DNA of 64,000 nt from the NCBI GenBank assembly GCA_964016885.1, contig OZ024754.1, forward strand, positions 7,626,001-7,690,000, in the 5' to 3' direction. Below the pieces are notes generated by a model. It saw nothing but the letters and a program-made list of their open reading frames with translations. It ran no database searches and was not told the DNA's origin. This stretch comes from Eledone cirrhosa. Its lineage: Eukaryota. The translations under genes were made by a program, and so were the position numbers. Positions 42,677-56,230 of the stretch are shown here, one piece after another; positions within the stretch are counted from its first letter, which is position 1, and each line of letters begins with the position of its first letter.

Positions 42677-43949
42677 TTGTGATTTCGTTATGAAAATCCA
42701 TTATATTGAACGTTAGAATGTGTTCAGAGTTGGTAAAATATCAGTTATCAAAATCAGTTATTTTATTGTCACGTGCTTTAATTATTTTAAATCTTTGAAA
42801 CAATATTTAATTAATTTTAATGAACCATTCCGACATAGTGTTGAGATATCTTCTTTATGGAATATAACATATCGGAAATAAAGCTGCTGTGTATTATCCT
42901 GCAAAAGCTTTGTTGAACATTATGTTCTTTAGTTATTCATCAATAGGTGGTTTAATGTGTTATTACACAATGTAGCTGGGTTTCCGTTTTAATTTCACAT
43001 TTTCATTCATTGTACGTGACTTTGTTGAACATAACTGTGATACATAACCACGTTGATTTATATTACAACAATATTATAGTTAAACACCAAATATTTAGGA
43101 GAGAGGAAAGTTGATTTAACCATCCCCGATACTTGAGGGGCAATTTATTTATTGACCGCGGAAGCATGAAATGCTCATTCGACTTGGGCAGGATTTGAAA
43201 TCAGAATTTAGAGCATCGAAACATTATTAAATCTTCCTTCACCCGCTCTTCCCCAACTACCCGATTACTAAATCGATTTAATCATCTCACAATTTCAATG
43301 ACTTTGTACCAAATTGAAATATCTTTGTTAAAATTACAGCAAATGTTGGCACTATATCACGTACATAGTTTGCTTAGTTTATTTATGAAACTCAGAATGT
43401 TTTCTGGGTCTTAAACGCAAAAAAGTTAAGAACAATGACCAACGTATTGCAGTAAAAGCATTATTTTTTATGGTTGTTTGTATTTGTAAATATTGCCAGA
43501 ATTTCGCTAATTATACATGTATTTTTTTATATTTTCCATGATATGTTTTAGTTTTTGGCGAGATTAGGCTTGGCTCATTTACTTAATTCCTTTACCTTCG
43601 GTGGTATAAAAAAAATACAATTGCTGGAGTAGGGATATAATTATATTAATTCAGAAGTTAATTTAATTTGGTAGATTATATAAATTTGGAAAATCTGATT
43701 ATAATTTCAATCTGAGAAAATTATAAATTATCAGTTATATAATTAATACCTCCGAGGTGCTATCACCATAACTGCTACAGAATAAATATATTTAAACTGA
43801 AGATTCTGAAATATGTAAAAGTAGAAGAAAATAATAAAAATCCGTATAAATACTTAACTATCATTCCAAAGTTTCTTTTGTTTTACAGAAAAGAAAAAAA
43901 ATATTAGTTAAATTTATTTTTTATATTTGAAACCAGAAAAATTAACAAA

Positions 43950-44700
43950 TATAATTTACCCTGGAAGCTTTAAAGAAATCAATATCTTTAAAATACCCAG
44001 GTAGAATTTTTCACCATATGTTTTATTTGTTTATAGAATTGCTCAGTTTGTTTTGAAATTATAGTGAGACTAATTTACTTTACATATTCACTGGAGGCAG
44101 TAAATGATTCACTCTGAGGAGTAAAAGAAAAAAATAATTTTATCTTCTCTTTGAATAATCTGTTTTTAATTTATAATGTATAATTTGCTTTTAAGACGAA
44201 AAAAAAAACAGAGTTGCTGAAAGATTCACGAAGAATATAAATCAAAATAGAGTTATTAAAAATGTTAGAATCCGATCTAACAAGAAATATTGTGTATCGG
44301 CAAAAAAAAAAAAAGATTAACTTTATTTTATAAATGTGAACCATGGCGTTTCGGAAAAGGGCAATTTTTAACAACCTGAAAAGACAGTTACAAGACTGAT
44401 TGAAATTGAATATTTGAGGATATATCGAAGAAAAGACATTAACAAACATAAATTAAGTGGTTGATTAAATGTGTTAATGAGATGTGATGGAAGAGAGTTA
44501 GAAGGAAAGAAGGAAAATCCTTCACTAAAACTCGTTGGAGATACATTATCAGGAGTAAAAATAACGCGATTACAACAATATTAAGAAATCTAAACTGAGA
44601 GAAATAAAGACAGGATTTGTCTTGTTAGCCATATAGTGAAAGCAAAGGACATATTTCGATATTGTTAGATCTTATCTGCGATCCATATTTACACCTATAT
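43950..44700 (+). pseudogene. Putative degraded LRR segment
   Basis: LKMLESDLTRNIV; AIFNNLKRQLQD*LKLNI*GYIEEKTL; FTKTRWRYIIRSKNNAITTI. The opposite strand also looks weakly LRR-like, so strand and reality are uncertain. Confidence 0.33.
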
Positions 44701-45612
44701 GCACTGTAATAGATTTCCTTTTCATAAAATCTAAGCTCTCAAAGCCGTCTCAAATTAAATAATGAAACATTCATCCGACATGACTAGTAAATAACATACT
44801 ACATCTATGTTTTGGCCAACATAGATATTGTTAATAAAAAATTACTTGAAACATTTTCGAATTTATCTACCAATATAGAAATGAAAATGGTGGCGAATTG
44901 GCAGAGCCGTTTGAACATTGAATATAATGCCTTGCGGTATTCCTTCCAGCTCCTCTGCTCTATGAGTTCAAATCCCACCGAGGTCAATTTTACCGTTCAA
45001 CCTTTCGAGGTTGATAAAAAAAGTACCTGTCTGGTCCTTTCACACTTCGTTTTCTCACTTCGTTTTCTCACTTACTTTTCTCTTTTTCTATCACTGCCTA
45101 TCCTTCTTTGGAAGAAATCTACTATGTTCTGACCTGGAGAGGAGATAGGCTCCACCAGGTTTTAAAATACCCAGAAACACAGTGTCAATATGGGACATCT
45201 ACGACTCCACCAGGAGTTATGTGTGTGTGTAAGGAATAAGAAGATAGAGATAGAAACAAGTTAAAGGGGTCTGTGTGCCTAGAGTCCCACCTCCCTGCAA
45301 ACTGTTTTGGTTTCATGTGGCGTTTAGTGACTGGAAGTGCAGGATTTCCCTTGGATAGGACACAGGTTAGATCCAAGGCTAGCTTTTCATCTATCGCTGG
45401 CATTCATGCTTTCAGCTGATTAAACAGGAACGGCGTGAAATAATTATCTTGCTCAAGAACACAACGCATAGCATGACAGGAAGTGATCTTAATCGACGTG
45501 AAATGAAGTGTCTTGCCCAAGAAGACAACGTACCGCCCCGATCTGGACTAGAGGGAAATAAAATTGTCTTGCTCTGGAAAATAACGGACTGCTTGATCTG
45601 AAGTGGACTTAA

Positions 45613-45832
45613 CCCTTTAACATTCACGTAACTCTGTATATACTATTGTATTTTCATGGTAAACTCTTTACCGTACATAATATCTCTCATAATATCGAAT
45701 CTATGAGATTTTGATATTATTTATTTTGAGAACAATACCTTAACATCAGTATGAGAGGCAAGTTACAGCTGATTTGAACAGAAAAAGGTGAAATAATTCT
45801 GGCCGGATATGGCCGGTTTAAATGCTAAAGGG
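45613..45832. mobile_element. piggyBac-type MITE
   Basis: TTAA TSD on both sides; TIR CCCTTTAACATT / AATGCTAAAGGG; inserted among CORE-like SINE fragments (~45340-45950). Confidence 0.82.
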
Positions 45833-45949
45833 TTAAGCGATGTGAAATTAAATATCTCACTCATGAACACAATGCATCGCCCAATCTGAAGATGGAACTC
45901 ACATCCATATCAGACCAACACCTGACCAATAAAGTCGCAAGACTTCACA

Positions 45950-46360
45950 CTATATCTCACAATATAATCCTGTCCACAAAGACATTTTCTGACATAAGAA
46001 ATCTTCTAAATTGCCAACAATATCTTTTTGTATCATAATTTCGTCAAATAAAAAATACTGTACATAAGAAATATTCAAGACTATGTATCTTTCTTTTCCT
46101 AGAATATTGTAGATGTCGTCAACAATAGCAAAATGTCTCGGATTTATGCTAAACAACTCATTTACAAGATATTTAGAATTAATCACTTGGAACAAAAAAA
46201 TTAATGTGAAACTACTTGAATTGAATAAATACCATCATATCCACTCAAATATTCTCGACAAATATTGAGAAGCGTAATACTGAAATTTGAAAGATATTTT
46301 TACACACACCTCACTAAAATTTCTAATAGGACGTATGTCTTTGACAGTCTATATGACTGT
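45950..46360 (-). pseudogene. Putative degraded LRR-receptor N-terminal segment
   Basis: HIDCQRH; KYLSNFSITLLNIC; KYLVNELFSINPRHF; IVLNISY. Confidence 0.3.
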
Positions 46361-46373
46361 TATCTCTCTCTCC

Positions 46374-46453
46374 TTTTAATATAGAAATGGCTTCTACAGG
46401 ACTAGAGCTGTTTCGTTCGGGAGATATCATCAGGAAGCCATTTCTATATTAAA
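46374..46453 (-). ncRNA. Type I hammerhead with ~20-bp perfect stem I (element 46374-46525)
   Basis: TTTAATATAGAAATGGCTTC-CTGATGA-TATCTCCCGAAC-GAAA-CAG-CTCTAGTC-CTG-TA-GAAGCCATTTCTATATTAAA; stem II weak. Confidence 0.78.
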
Positions 46454-46593
46454 TATTTATACTCAGCTATGTATTGAATACCTTACTTACTGTGGTTACC
46501 CCAGATTGAATCCGGGATAAACTTATATATATAAAGTAAAATAAGTAAGTCAAATATGTAAAATTTGGCTTCGTTATTATAAATTATAAATTT

Positions 46594-46648
46594 ACTGCTA
46601 TATATATTTCCGTGACAGCTATTATTGGCTGTCACTTCTTCAGGCAAT
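46594..46648 (-). ncRNA. Type I hammerhead in fold-back element 46530-46960 (second copy 46754-46808 on +)
   Basis: ATTGC-CTGAAGA-AGTGACAGC-CAATAATA-GCTGTCACG-GAAA-TATATA-TA-GCAGT; ~165-bp inverted arms; tail TACTC-CGCAG...CTGCG...TCGAGTGCTC. Confidence 0.8.
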
Positions 46649-47244
46649 CCGAATTGGTGTGGAAAAGACAGGTACACATGTTGTTGAAGTGTGTTTCACT
46701 CTGTCAATCACACTTCAAAAAAATGTGTACCTGTCTTTTCCACACCAATTCGTACTGCCTGAAGAGGTCACAGCCAATAATATCTGTTACGGAAATATAT
46801 ATAGTAGTAAATTTATAATTTAGAATAAACGAAGCCAAATTTTACATATTTGACTTACTTATTTTACTTTATATTACTCCGCAGTAAACAAACCAACCTG
46901 CGTACTTCTTCGAGTGCTCAAATCTGCATACTGAGGTGTCGGTAAGCAACCAACATATACTATATATATATATATATATTGAATCCATAACGTTAAAAAT
47001 CGGAAGAAATACCACTAATAATACCAAAAATAACAAATACAGGAAGACTGAAACATTTTTATCAATATCGAATAAATAAAAGTCAAAATTGACATCAGCG
47101 GGATTTGAACTCAGGGATCAAGGGAGATAGAATGAATATGTAAAGAACGTAATTAGACGTTCTAACGACTATCCCAATTCCTTGTCGAAAGTAGCTTGAT
47201 TATAGTTGAAAATAATGAGACGTTTTTCTTTTTTCGTGATTTAT

Positions 47245-47450
47245 AAATTGCTCATTGCAAGCCACTACATACCATTATTCCCAAGAAATATTGTTTCAAT
47301 GGCATTAGTTTCATCCAGTCCCGACAGGTTAATTCAGAAATATTCATAAAAATTACTGATTTTAGGCTCTTTACTTAAGACACAATGATTGGTTGGTTCG
47401 CAATTACAGCCAAACTTTTAACTAGAGACACAGCATACTGTGATGTTATT
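47245..47450 (+). pseudogene. Putative degraded LRR segment
   Basis: NSEIFIKITDFRL / LYLRHNDWLVRNYSQTFN (frameshifted). Confidence 0.35.
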
Positions 47451-48265
47451 TAAACAGGGAAAGAACGGAAACATTAAAATCGAAACGAGATAAAAACATA
47501 TGAATCTCTTTTGAAGATAATTGTGGATTGAGGCTCGATTTCGCCATATTTGTTTTCCTGCCAAAATGGAAAACAATGTAAATTGGGGAATAAGACGCCA
47601 AATGAGAAAAAACACATCCATCAGCAAATATTTGAAAATGAAGTATTTTTTTTATATACGAAAAGTATTCCAGCATAAGAAGTATTTATTCCATTGGTAT
47701 AAATACTATTGAATATATAAAGTAAATAAATTATGTAAGATTGAAAGAAGCAGTTCCCTTACATTTGAAAATCCTTATTAGGATAGATCATATGTAAATG
47801 TATCTATATATGTAACCAATAAACTTCTGCTACGTTATTCCATTACTACTCATACTAAACATCATCGCTTTCACCAAACAACTTTTTAAAGTAATGAAGA
47901 AGATTTCTCATTTGCCACTCCACCTCTTCCCCAAGTAAGCTGGAATGAAAGACAGGGTGTAAGAGAGAGACAGAGTGAGTGAGAGAGACTTGGCAGATGA
48001 CAATATCGCCTGCTCTGTCTGATTATAATTTCGCTGATATGAAGTTATATCAATATTTCTCGGTTGGTCTCGGGATTGATTCGGCAAGGGAGATTCCGTT
48101 TGGTATCCCAATATGTTAGAAATAGAAACCAAATCTTCACCAAATTACACTCTAACTTCTTAAATTAGGAAAGGACGCCATCTCCTATGATCTCATAAAA
48201 ATATTCAAACATCTTAGCAACATATGTGGGTGTATTTTTATTGGCAGCATTTGTAACATAGCCAT

Positions 48266-48313
<48 letters not shown>

Positions 48314-48423
48314 ATATATAAGGTAGAGGATTAATAAAGATAAACGATACAATAAAGTTTATTCCAAGCCTTTATATTATACTTTAACCCTGAACTAAGT
48401 AAACCCAAACGATATGTCGTTTA

Positions 48424-48460
<37 letters not shown>

Positions 48461-48668
48461 CGTTTCTGAATTTGTTTAGCAAGATTCTTTATCTGAAAAC
48501 GTGTGTTGAAACCGATATTGTTATACTTTGGGAGGGTCATGTTGCCAATAAGAAACACACGTACCAGTTGCTTTCACTTCAATTTATTATAATACATTTA
48601 TAAATTTAGGAATTTATAAATTTCCGGCTGGTTGGTTGGTTCCACAACCAGATGGTTGTTTATATATT

Positions 48669-48709
48669 GTCAAAGTTCTTTCGTCACACATTGTGACCTC
48701 TTCAGTGAC
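48669..48709 (-). ncRNA. Type I hammerhead in element 48458-48846
   Basis: GTCA-CTGAAGA-G-GTCACA-ATG-TGTGAC-GAAA-GAAC-TT-TGAC; element bounded by (TA)n, with a deleted inverted arm. Confidence 0.75.
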
Positions 48710-48840
48710 TGGGTATTCCTTTCTTTGTTTTTGTGTCTCTCCTTTGTTCTGTCCTACGCCATCTTGTTTCTGTGATGGCGTAGGACAGAACAAAGGAGAG
48801 GCATGTGTTCCTTATTGGCAATATGACCCTCCCAAAGTAT

Positions 48841-48892
<52 letters not shown>

Positions 48893-48894
48893 GC

Positions 48895-49075
48895 ATTTTT
48901 TTCCAATTTCACCCCGCCCGTCCCGTCGATCTATCTAATTTCTCATTCTTTCTTCTAATGAAGGACTAGCGTCCGCAACGTTAAGTTTCTTTTCCTGAAA
49001 TTTCAAGCGTCGAACTAATATATTCCTTCCAGATACTGTAACGATTGTGTTTTTATTTCTGTTTACCTTTTACAC
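48895..49075 (+). mobile_element. PLE/retrozyme-like remnant with degenerate hammerhead
   Basis: CTAATGA-AGGAC-TAGC-GTCC-GCAA-CGTT-AAG; homologous to 3885-4065. Confidence 0.6.
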
Positions 49076-49079
<4 letters not shown>

Positions 49080-49113
<34 letters not shown>

Positions 49114-49313
49114 ATATACACATATTATGTGTGTGTGTGTGTATATACACATATTATGTATGTATGTGTGTATATACACATATTATGTATGTATGTGTGT
49201 ATATATACATATTATGTATGTATATATACATATTATGTATGTATATATACATATTATGTATGTATATATACATATTATGTATGTATGGATGTATACATAT
49301 TATGTATGTATGC

Positions 49314-49354
<41 letters not shown>

Positions 49355-49546
49355 CATACATATAATGTACGTATGTATATATATACATATAATGTATATG
49401 TATATATATATATATATACATATAATGTATATATATACATATAATGTATGTATGTATATATATATATATACATATAATGTATGTATATATAAAAACAAAT
49501 AACGAAACGAAATTAAATTTCGTTTCGTTTGTAACTCACTTAATTG

Positions 49547-49578
<32 letters not shown>

Positions 49579-49897
49579 ATGTATGTATATATATATATAT
49601 ATATAATGTATGTATATATATATATATATATATATAATGTATGTATATATATATATATATATATATATAATGTATGTATATATATATATATATATATAAT
49701 GTATGTATATATATATATATATATAATGTATGTATATATATATATATATATATAATGTATATATATATATATATATATAATGTATGTATATATATATATA
49801 TATACATATAATGTATATATATATATATATATACATATAATGTATGTATGTATGTATATATATATATACATATAATGTATATATATATATACATATA

Positions 49898-49936
<39 letters not shown>

Positions 49937-50190
49937 CATATAATGTATATATATATACATATAATGTATGTATGTATGTATATATATATATATACATATA
50001 ATGTATGTATATGTATATATATATATACATATAATGTATATATATATACATATAATGTATGTATGTATGTATATATATATATATACATATAATGTATGTA
50101 TATGTATATATATATATACATATAATGTATACATATATACATATAATGTATGTATGTATATATACATATAATGTATATGTGTGTGTGAAA
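49080..50190. repeat. TA-rich minisatellite (ACATATAATGTATG.. units)
   Basis: Direct inspection; a small hairpin AACGAAACGAAAT/ATTTCGTTTCGTT is embedded at ~49501-49529. Confidence 0.96.
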
Positions 50191-50197
50191 TAAACGG

Positions 50198-50236
<39 letters not shown>

Positions 50237-50449
50237 CAGTCAGTTTAATAAAAATAACTATATTGAATTGACACAAGGCCGGAAATTTGGATGAATAGAA
50301 AAGTCGATTATATAGATTCCAGTATTTGATTTGTACTTCATCTATCGACCCTGGTAGAATGAAATGCAAAGTTGATATCGATAAGATTTGAAGTTAGTAC
50401 GTAAACAACAGGAATAAATACCGATAGGCATGGTTCCGACGCTCTAATG

Positions 50450-50843
50450 CATGGGTGTGGCCCTTTTGAACATTGGAACAACTATTAGGGCCATTAATAT
50501 TTATTAATTGTTTCTACTTTAGGCACAAGGGCAGCAATTACCCAGTGCATTACTGGTACTTTATTTTATCAACCCGGTAAGGATGAAAGGCAAAGTCAAC
50601 CTCGGCGGGATTTGAACTCAATTAATATTTATTAATATTTATTAAGAGCTATTCCAAAGATTCACCATTCAACTTCTTTCCATAAAATGGAACTGAGAAA
50701 TTATAACACACATCACCCTATCAGTGAATCCCTTTAGTATAGGTCAACTAGCAGAAAATTAATTCTAAATAGGCCTGTAAGGTAAAAATTAAAAACGGTT
50801 ATCGCCGGATTATGGCCCGTGGGCCGCCTGTTGCATGCCCCTT
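50450..50843. mobile_element. Degraded hAT MITE containing a SINE (50506-50620, -), itself inserted in an older SINE
   Basis: 8-bp TSD CTCTAATG at 50442-50449 and 50844-50851; end TGGCCCGTGGGCCGCCTGTTGCATGCCCCT is Charlie-like. Confidence 0.65.
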
Positions 50844-51029
50844 CTCTAATGACTCTGCCAACCAAAATAACGAAGTGTTTTTTATCGATTTAGAAGTAAA
50901 ACAAAAAATAGTAATGATATGAATAGTATTTCGTTTCGTAAATATGACACTCTTTCTAAGATACTTTACCGATAGATTCTCAAAGCTATATCAATGGAAA
51001 TGGTTTCCTAAGTTGATGTACACCATATG

Positions 51030-52260
51030 AATTGTTTTCTTCAACCCATCATAAAATTCATTCATTGCATTCTAAACATGTAGTTTGAAAAGGGCTTAGC
51101 GAGGTCCCCTAAAGACGTATCTTCTTTTATCAAGAAAGACAGTTAGAATTGATTTTTAGAACGTATATAATACGTGAAATATAAATGTAATATTATAATC
51201 CCTTACAGAAGTATGTTTGGTCATTGCTGTATTGATTCTTATTGCAATATCTTCAAAGGTTTTTATCTTCATAGTTTATATATCACAGCAAATGTATGAT
51301 CATACATTGTAGCCAAATATTTCTGAATTTCAAATTAATATTCCATGCTATATTATTTAAAATATATAGACAGAAATAGTCTTCAAACATATTATTAAAC
51401 TTCTGTAATTTTTAGGACATAATAACGTATTGTTATATTTGGGGAGGGTCATGTTGTCCTAAAATTGCCAAAAAATAGTAAAGCACACTCAATGCATGGT
51501 TTGGTTTTCGCTTCAGCTTCAGTGTATTTTTTTATATTTCCATAAATAACTTTTGGACAACATAACCCTCCCCAAATATTGCAATATCTGATTCAACACA
51601 CGACTTCATATAAAAAACCTTGCAAAACAAATACATCACCGTCACAATAACAGTATTTAAGTTAATAATTGTTGTATGATTTCTAGCTGATAGATTCAGT
51701 GAGTGTGTGTCTGTGACAGACAGGCAAGATTGGTCTTTCGAATTACAGTTCATTTACGGGCTTCCAACAGTCTCCTCTCCGTCTATCGAATTCCATTCAC
51801 AAGGCTGGGTTGACGTCGTAAATAACACTTGCCCAAGATACCACACAGTGGGATCGAACCTGGAATCTAATGATTGCAAAACGATCCTTTTTCACCGTTT
51901 GGTCATACACTGTCTACAGAAAGTATTGGCAACTTTTACATAATACAGTCTATGTAATTCTAATGACTTTTGCCAAATATTAACTTCATCTTCAAAAAGT
52001 CACTGATCTTTTCTTAACATCTTAAACAAGAACAAAACGAAATCTGTAACCGAATATTAAAATAGGATTATCTTTCGTTACGTAAACAATACTTAATCTA
52101 GCAACAGTTCCAATTATTTCAGTTACAGATTTGTCTGCCAAAATGGTCACCTGATAATCTAACTTATGGAAACCGAGACGGAACGAAGAGTATTTTGTTG
52201 TGACAAATTAACCAATTTATCAAATTTATAGATTTACTGATATCCCACAAAAGAAAATGA
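51030..52260 (+). pseudogene. Putative degraded LRR-receptor ectodomain
   Basis: CSLK(fs)GLSEVP at 51079-51109 (LRRNT-like); NIFKGFYLHSLYITAN; HLQKVTDLFLT; TILNLATVPIISV; DKLTNLSNL*I. Confidence 0.42.
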
Positions 52261-52367
52261 AGATTCTGGTTTTTGTAGAATTAGATTAATTCTAGCTGTG
52301 GTTATATTGATCTGTCTTCCTGTGAAATTATGTTTGGAATCGCTCAGTCGTGATATCGTTATGTAAC

Positions 52368-52522
52368 TGACGCCATGCTTTCCAGCATAGTTACGTTCCT
52401 TTACGATTTGAGTTCAAATCCCGCCGAGGTTGACTTTGCCTTTCATCCTTACGGGGGTCGATAAAATAAAGTACCAGTAATACACTGGTGTAATTGCTGG
52501 CCTTGTGCCTAAAGTAGAAACA
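52368..52522 (+). mobile_element. Main-family SINE, 5'-truncated
   Basis: Family consensus; TSD-like GTTATGTAAC. Confidence 0.9.
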
Positions 52523-52807
52523 GTTATGTAACCTATACCAATAATAAAAGAAGAGATCGATATGTTGTTGTAGTTTATGTTTCATAAAAAAAAAGTATTT
52601 GTAAAATGGTGGCACTCCGTCGGTTACGAGGACGAGCATTCCTGTTGATACGATAAACGCAAGAGACTGCTCGTGAAAATGACGTGCAAGTGGCTGAGCA
52701 TTCCACAAACATAATAATAGAGCCCACAGCCGTGAAATGAAGCGTCTTTCTCAAGAACACAACGCATCACCCAGTCTAGGAATCAACCCCATGACCATAA
52801 ACATACC

Positions 52808-52868
<61 letters not shown>

Positions 52869-53104
52869 TGAAGAAATTTTCAATTTACACTTATGCCGGT
52901 TTGGCTGGCCTCTCTTGAGATTTCTAGGGTGTTCTAATTATGTGAGTAACCCCAGTCTAATCAGGAAAACCAGTGGAAAATGAAGTGTTTTTCCCAAGGA
53001 GACAAGATGCCACTCTTACAAGGAATCGAACCCATGCTTTATGATTGTGAGATCAACAGCAGAAATAAGGGTATGCTGTTAAGATAACAACCGCCTCCTT
53101 TTCA

Positions 53105-53270
53105 TGGTGGTCACTGTTGAGGTCCCTGTTGTCCTTGTTCCCAGGTCTGCCGCTTTCCTTCGCATACTGGGAGGGTTACATCTCGCCTGGGAAAGGAGCT
53201 CAAAAGAGCTCTCGTGAGGTGAAGTGGCTCATGCAACGTGCGTCACCTTCGCCATCCTGTCTACCAGGTG
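53105..53270 (+). mobile_element. Divergent CRE-type RLE C-terminal fragment
   Basis: VTVEVPVVLVPRSAAFLRILGG / SREVKWLMQRAS aligns by eye with LAVETSGVLGPRATSLLTTIGA / PRELEWLFQRVS. Confidence 0.55.
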
Positions 53271-53882
53271 CAGCTCAGATATACCACCAGATTGGAGTGT
53301 AGAGTTTGCTTTTCCCTCCCCCTCCTTACGTTTACTCTCACTTTTAAAAGTTCTCTTTCATTTTCTTTATTTTTTGTTGCAAATATTATATAATTTATTT
53401 TGTAGCCATCTCAGGATTACAGACTAGTAGTCTCGATATAAATTAGAAGCATTGATTATACAGTTAGTCATTATATCTAGACCATTTATTTTATTTTCTC
53501 ACCCATTCCATATTTATCTACTTACTTCGAGTACTTTTCTCATTGCTTTTTTTTTTTTTTACTTCAGTGAATGTAAACTGTGTTGTTTTATTGTTTTAGT
53601 TAGTAGTGAGAAATATAAATATAACTTAGGAATCTCGACAAATGATCTCAGATTCAGTGACTTTTTCACACTTAGTAATCAATCTATTTAAGGAAGTATA
53701 TAAATAGTATTTCACCACACGCAAAGACATTCTTATCAACTAGACAATAGCCTAGACGTACAAATAATAAATAAAAACAATGTCTACTATATAATGACCG
53801 CATCGGCCGAATAGAATATTTTTTTTTCTTTTCGCTGTTCTTCACAGTTTTACACGTTGAGTGGACGATTGTCATTAATAAT

Positions 53883-54079
53883 ATTGTGTCTACTTTTGGC
53901 ACAAGGCCAGCAATTATATCAGTGTATTACTGGTACTTTATTTTATCGACCCCGTAAGGATGAAAGGCAAAGTCAATCCCGCCGAGGTTGACTTTGCCTT
54001 TCATCCTTACGAGGTCGATAAAATAAAGTACCAGTAATACACTGGGTAATTGTTGGCCTTGTGCCTAAAGTAGAAACAA
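53883..54079. mobile_element. Fold-back (inverted) SINE dimer
   Basis: Two inverted 3' halves joined at GGCAAAGTCAA-TCCCGCCGAGG-TTGACTTTGCC; flanking direct repeat ATTGTCATTAATAATATT. Confidence 0.9.
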
Positions 54080-54290
54080 ATAATATTATAATTGTCATTA
54101 ATAATATTAATAATTAATAAGAAGAATCATCTTCGCCCATTTATTAGCAGTAGAGCTGACTCATAGAAATAGGCAGATCTTAAGAATCTTAACAGCGACA
54201 TAACAGCGTCTTTACTCACGAAAAGATATACACACATTCAGTTGCTACCATGAATGACTTTTAAATACGCATGTAGTCTTATTTTCTTTT

Positions 54291-54474
54291 GTGAATTGGC
54301 AGTATTGGCAGAAGGTCGGACATCATGCTTTGCAGCATAGTTACGGCCCTTTACGGTCAGAGTTCAAATCCCGCGGAGGTTAACTTTGCCTTTCAGCCTG
54401 ACGGGGTCGATAAAATAAAGTACCAGTAATGCACTGGGGTAATTGCTGGCCTTGTGCCAAAATTAGAAACAATT
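54291..54474 (+). mobile_element. Main-family SINE
   Basis: Family consensus. Confidence 0.9.
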
Positions 54475-55804
54475 ATATTTTTCTTCTTTCTTTAACGTCT
54501 TTTCTCTTCGTTTCCTTTTTCTTCTTCGCTCAACTCCTGAGAGAGCCATAGGAGCAGAGTTCTAAGACACGCCTTCCAGCGGACTCTATAGGAAGCAAAC
54601 CGTTGCCAAATGACACGGTTGGATCTCCAAATGCGACCAACCGAGGATATGAATATAATCCAACCATCTTACTCGTGTCTCCCTCTGGGTCTCCTAGCCT
54701 GTAAAATCTGTCCTCAACGTATACATCTCTTCCTGTAAGTAAGGTGCTTTTATGATATCCCCTATTTTCAAATATCGGCAGTGTCTTTTATTGGGAATAT
54801 GGTGATGACGGGTAGATGACCACTAATTGCAACTCTACGTTGCAAAGATTTGTGTCAGCTCTTCCTTTTGGGGATAGTATACCATCCTCCTTCCTTTTCA
54901 CCTTTCGGGAATGCTTTAAAACAAAATCTTCATTACTGTGGAAAAAAAGAAATAATTCAACAATTATTTTATTCGTAGTAACACCATATTTCGTTAAACT
55001 TCCGTGTATTGTTCAATTTACTCTCATTAGATGTTTAATATATATATTTCTAAACCCTACAAGAAACGTGAGATAAAAGGCCCTTGGTTCTTGATGAGAT
55101 CGTAGGGGATGCCGTCCTGACATACGGAGTGTACTGGCCATTTAAAACTGGGCAGAGTCCATCCCATCTCCAGGTCTGGACAGCAGACTTCTTACAGAGA
55201 AGAACGTAATTAGAGAGACAGTGAAGAATCGATCCCGGTAGTGGACTGATACATTATTTATCGATTTCGTAAGCAATGTTGATCTCTATGGGACGTGAAC
55301 TAGAGCCTAGAAAGCAAGAACAAATACGGAAGCATTTTTAAACGGCTGCTCTAGCAATTGTGCCAATATGCTACCCAATAAAAAGATTTTTACTGAAAAA
55401 CTGTCCTTAAAATATTTAAAAATATGTTTGTCTTGTTCCTTTTTTTTTTTTTTTTCAAATATAATTTTTTTTTTTTCATAATTATTCTTTTCAGTATTGT
55501 TTTATTTTTGTAAACATGATAGATTGTGTGATTCTTTTTTTCTAAGATTGTGGATTGTCTGGAGACTTGGTTAAGAAACACACGTTGAATTAAGATATAA
55601 CTGTAATTTATAGTCAGCATAAAAAAGACTCACTAACACATAGTATTAACTATTGAATAATGGATGTTATGGAACTGCAGTGATTAGTGTTGTCTATAGT
55701 AAATTATTAATGAAATTAGATTAAAGAATATTTTTAAGTACCAGAACGTGGGATTCAATCATAATAATACGCCACCTGTGTTTGCAAATATATAAATATA
55801 TATA

Positions 55805-56091
55805 TAGGAACCAATAAGACCCCGACGGCTGAGCTCAAGCCGTTTCGACGGCTAATTCTGCGTTATGGTCCACCTGGTTCCTTACCACATTTCCTTCGTT
55901 AAATATATATATATATATATATATATATAGGAACGAGTAGGACCCCGACGGTTGAGTACAAGCCATTTCGACGGCTAATTCTGGATAGCCGTCGAAACGG
56001 CTTGAGCTCAGCCGTCGTTCCTATTACCCACTCTACTACCCTAAGTATTGAGTACTTTGGTGCGTTATGGTTCCTTACCACATTTCCTTCG

Positions 56092-56093
<2 letters not shown>
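55805..56093 (+). mobile_element. Two tandem copies of the half-hammerhead fold-back family
   Basis: 55805-55900 and 55928-56093, separated by (TA)n; GACGGCTA..TAGCCGTC-GAAA-CGGC-TTGAGCTCA-GCCG-TC; tail ACTC...TTGAGTACTTTGGTGCG; another fragment at 56841-56873. Confidence 0.7.
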
Positions 56094-56129
<36 letters not shown>

Positions 56130-56171
56130 ATGATATTAATAAATGGAAGCTATATTTATAAAACCTTATTA

Positions 56172-56230
56172 ATTCTATTATATATATTTCAAGGGTACCA
56201 AAACTTTGGTACGCACTCATCAGATAAAAT
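56172..56230 (-). ncRNA. Type I hammerhead in fold-back element 56127-56510
   Basis: ATTTTAT-CTGATGA-GTGCGTACCAAAGTTTTGGTACCCTT-GAAA-TATATA-TA-ATAGAAT; the opposite arm has a deletion through the core. Confidence 0.72.
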
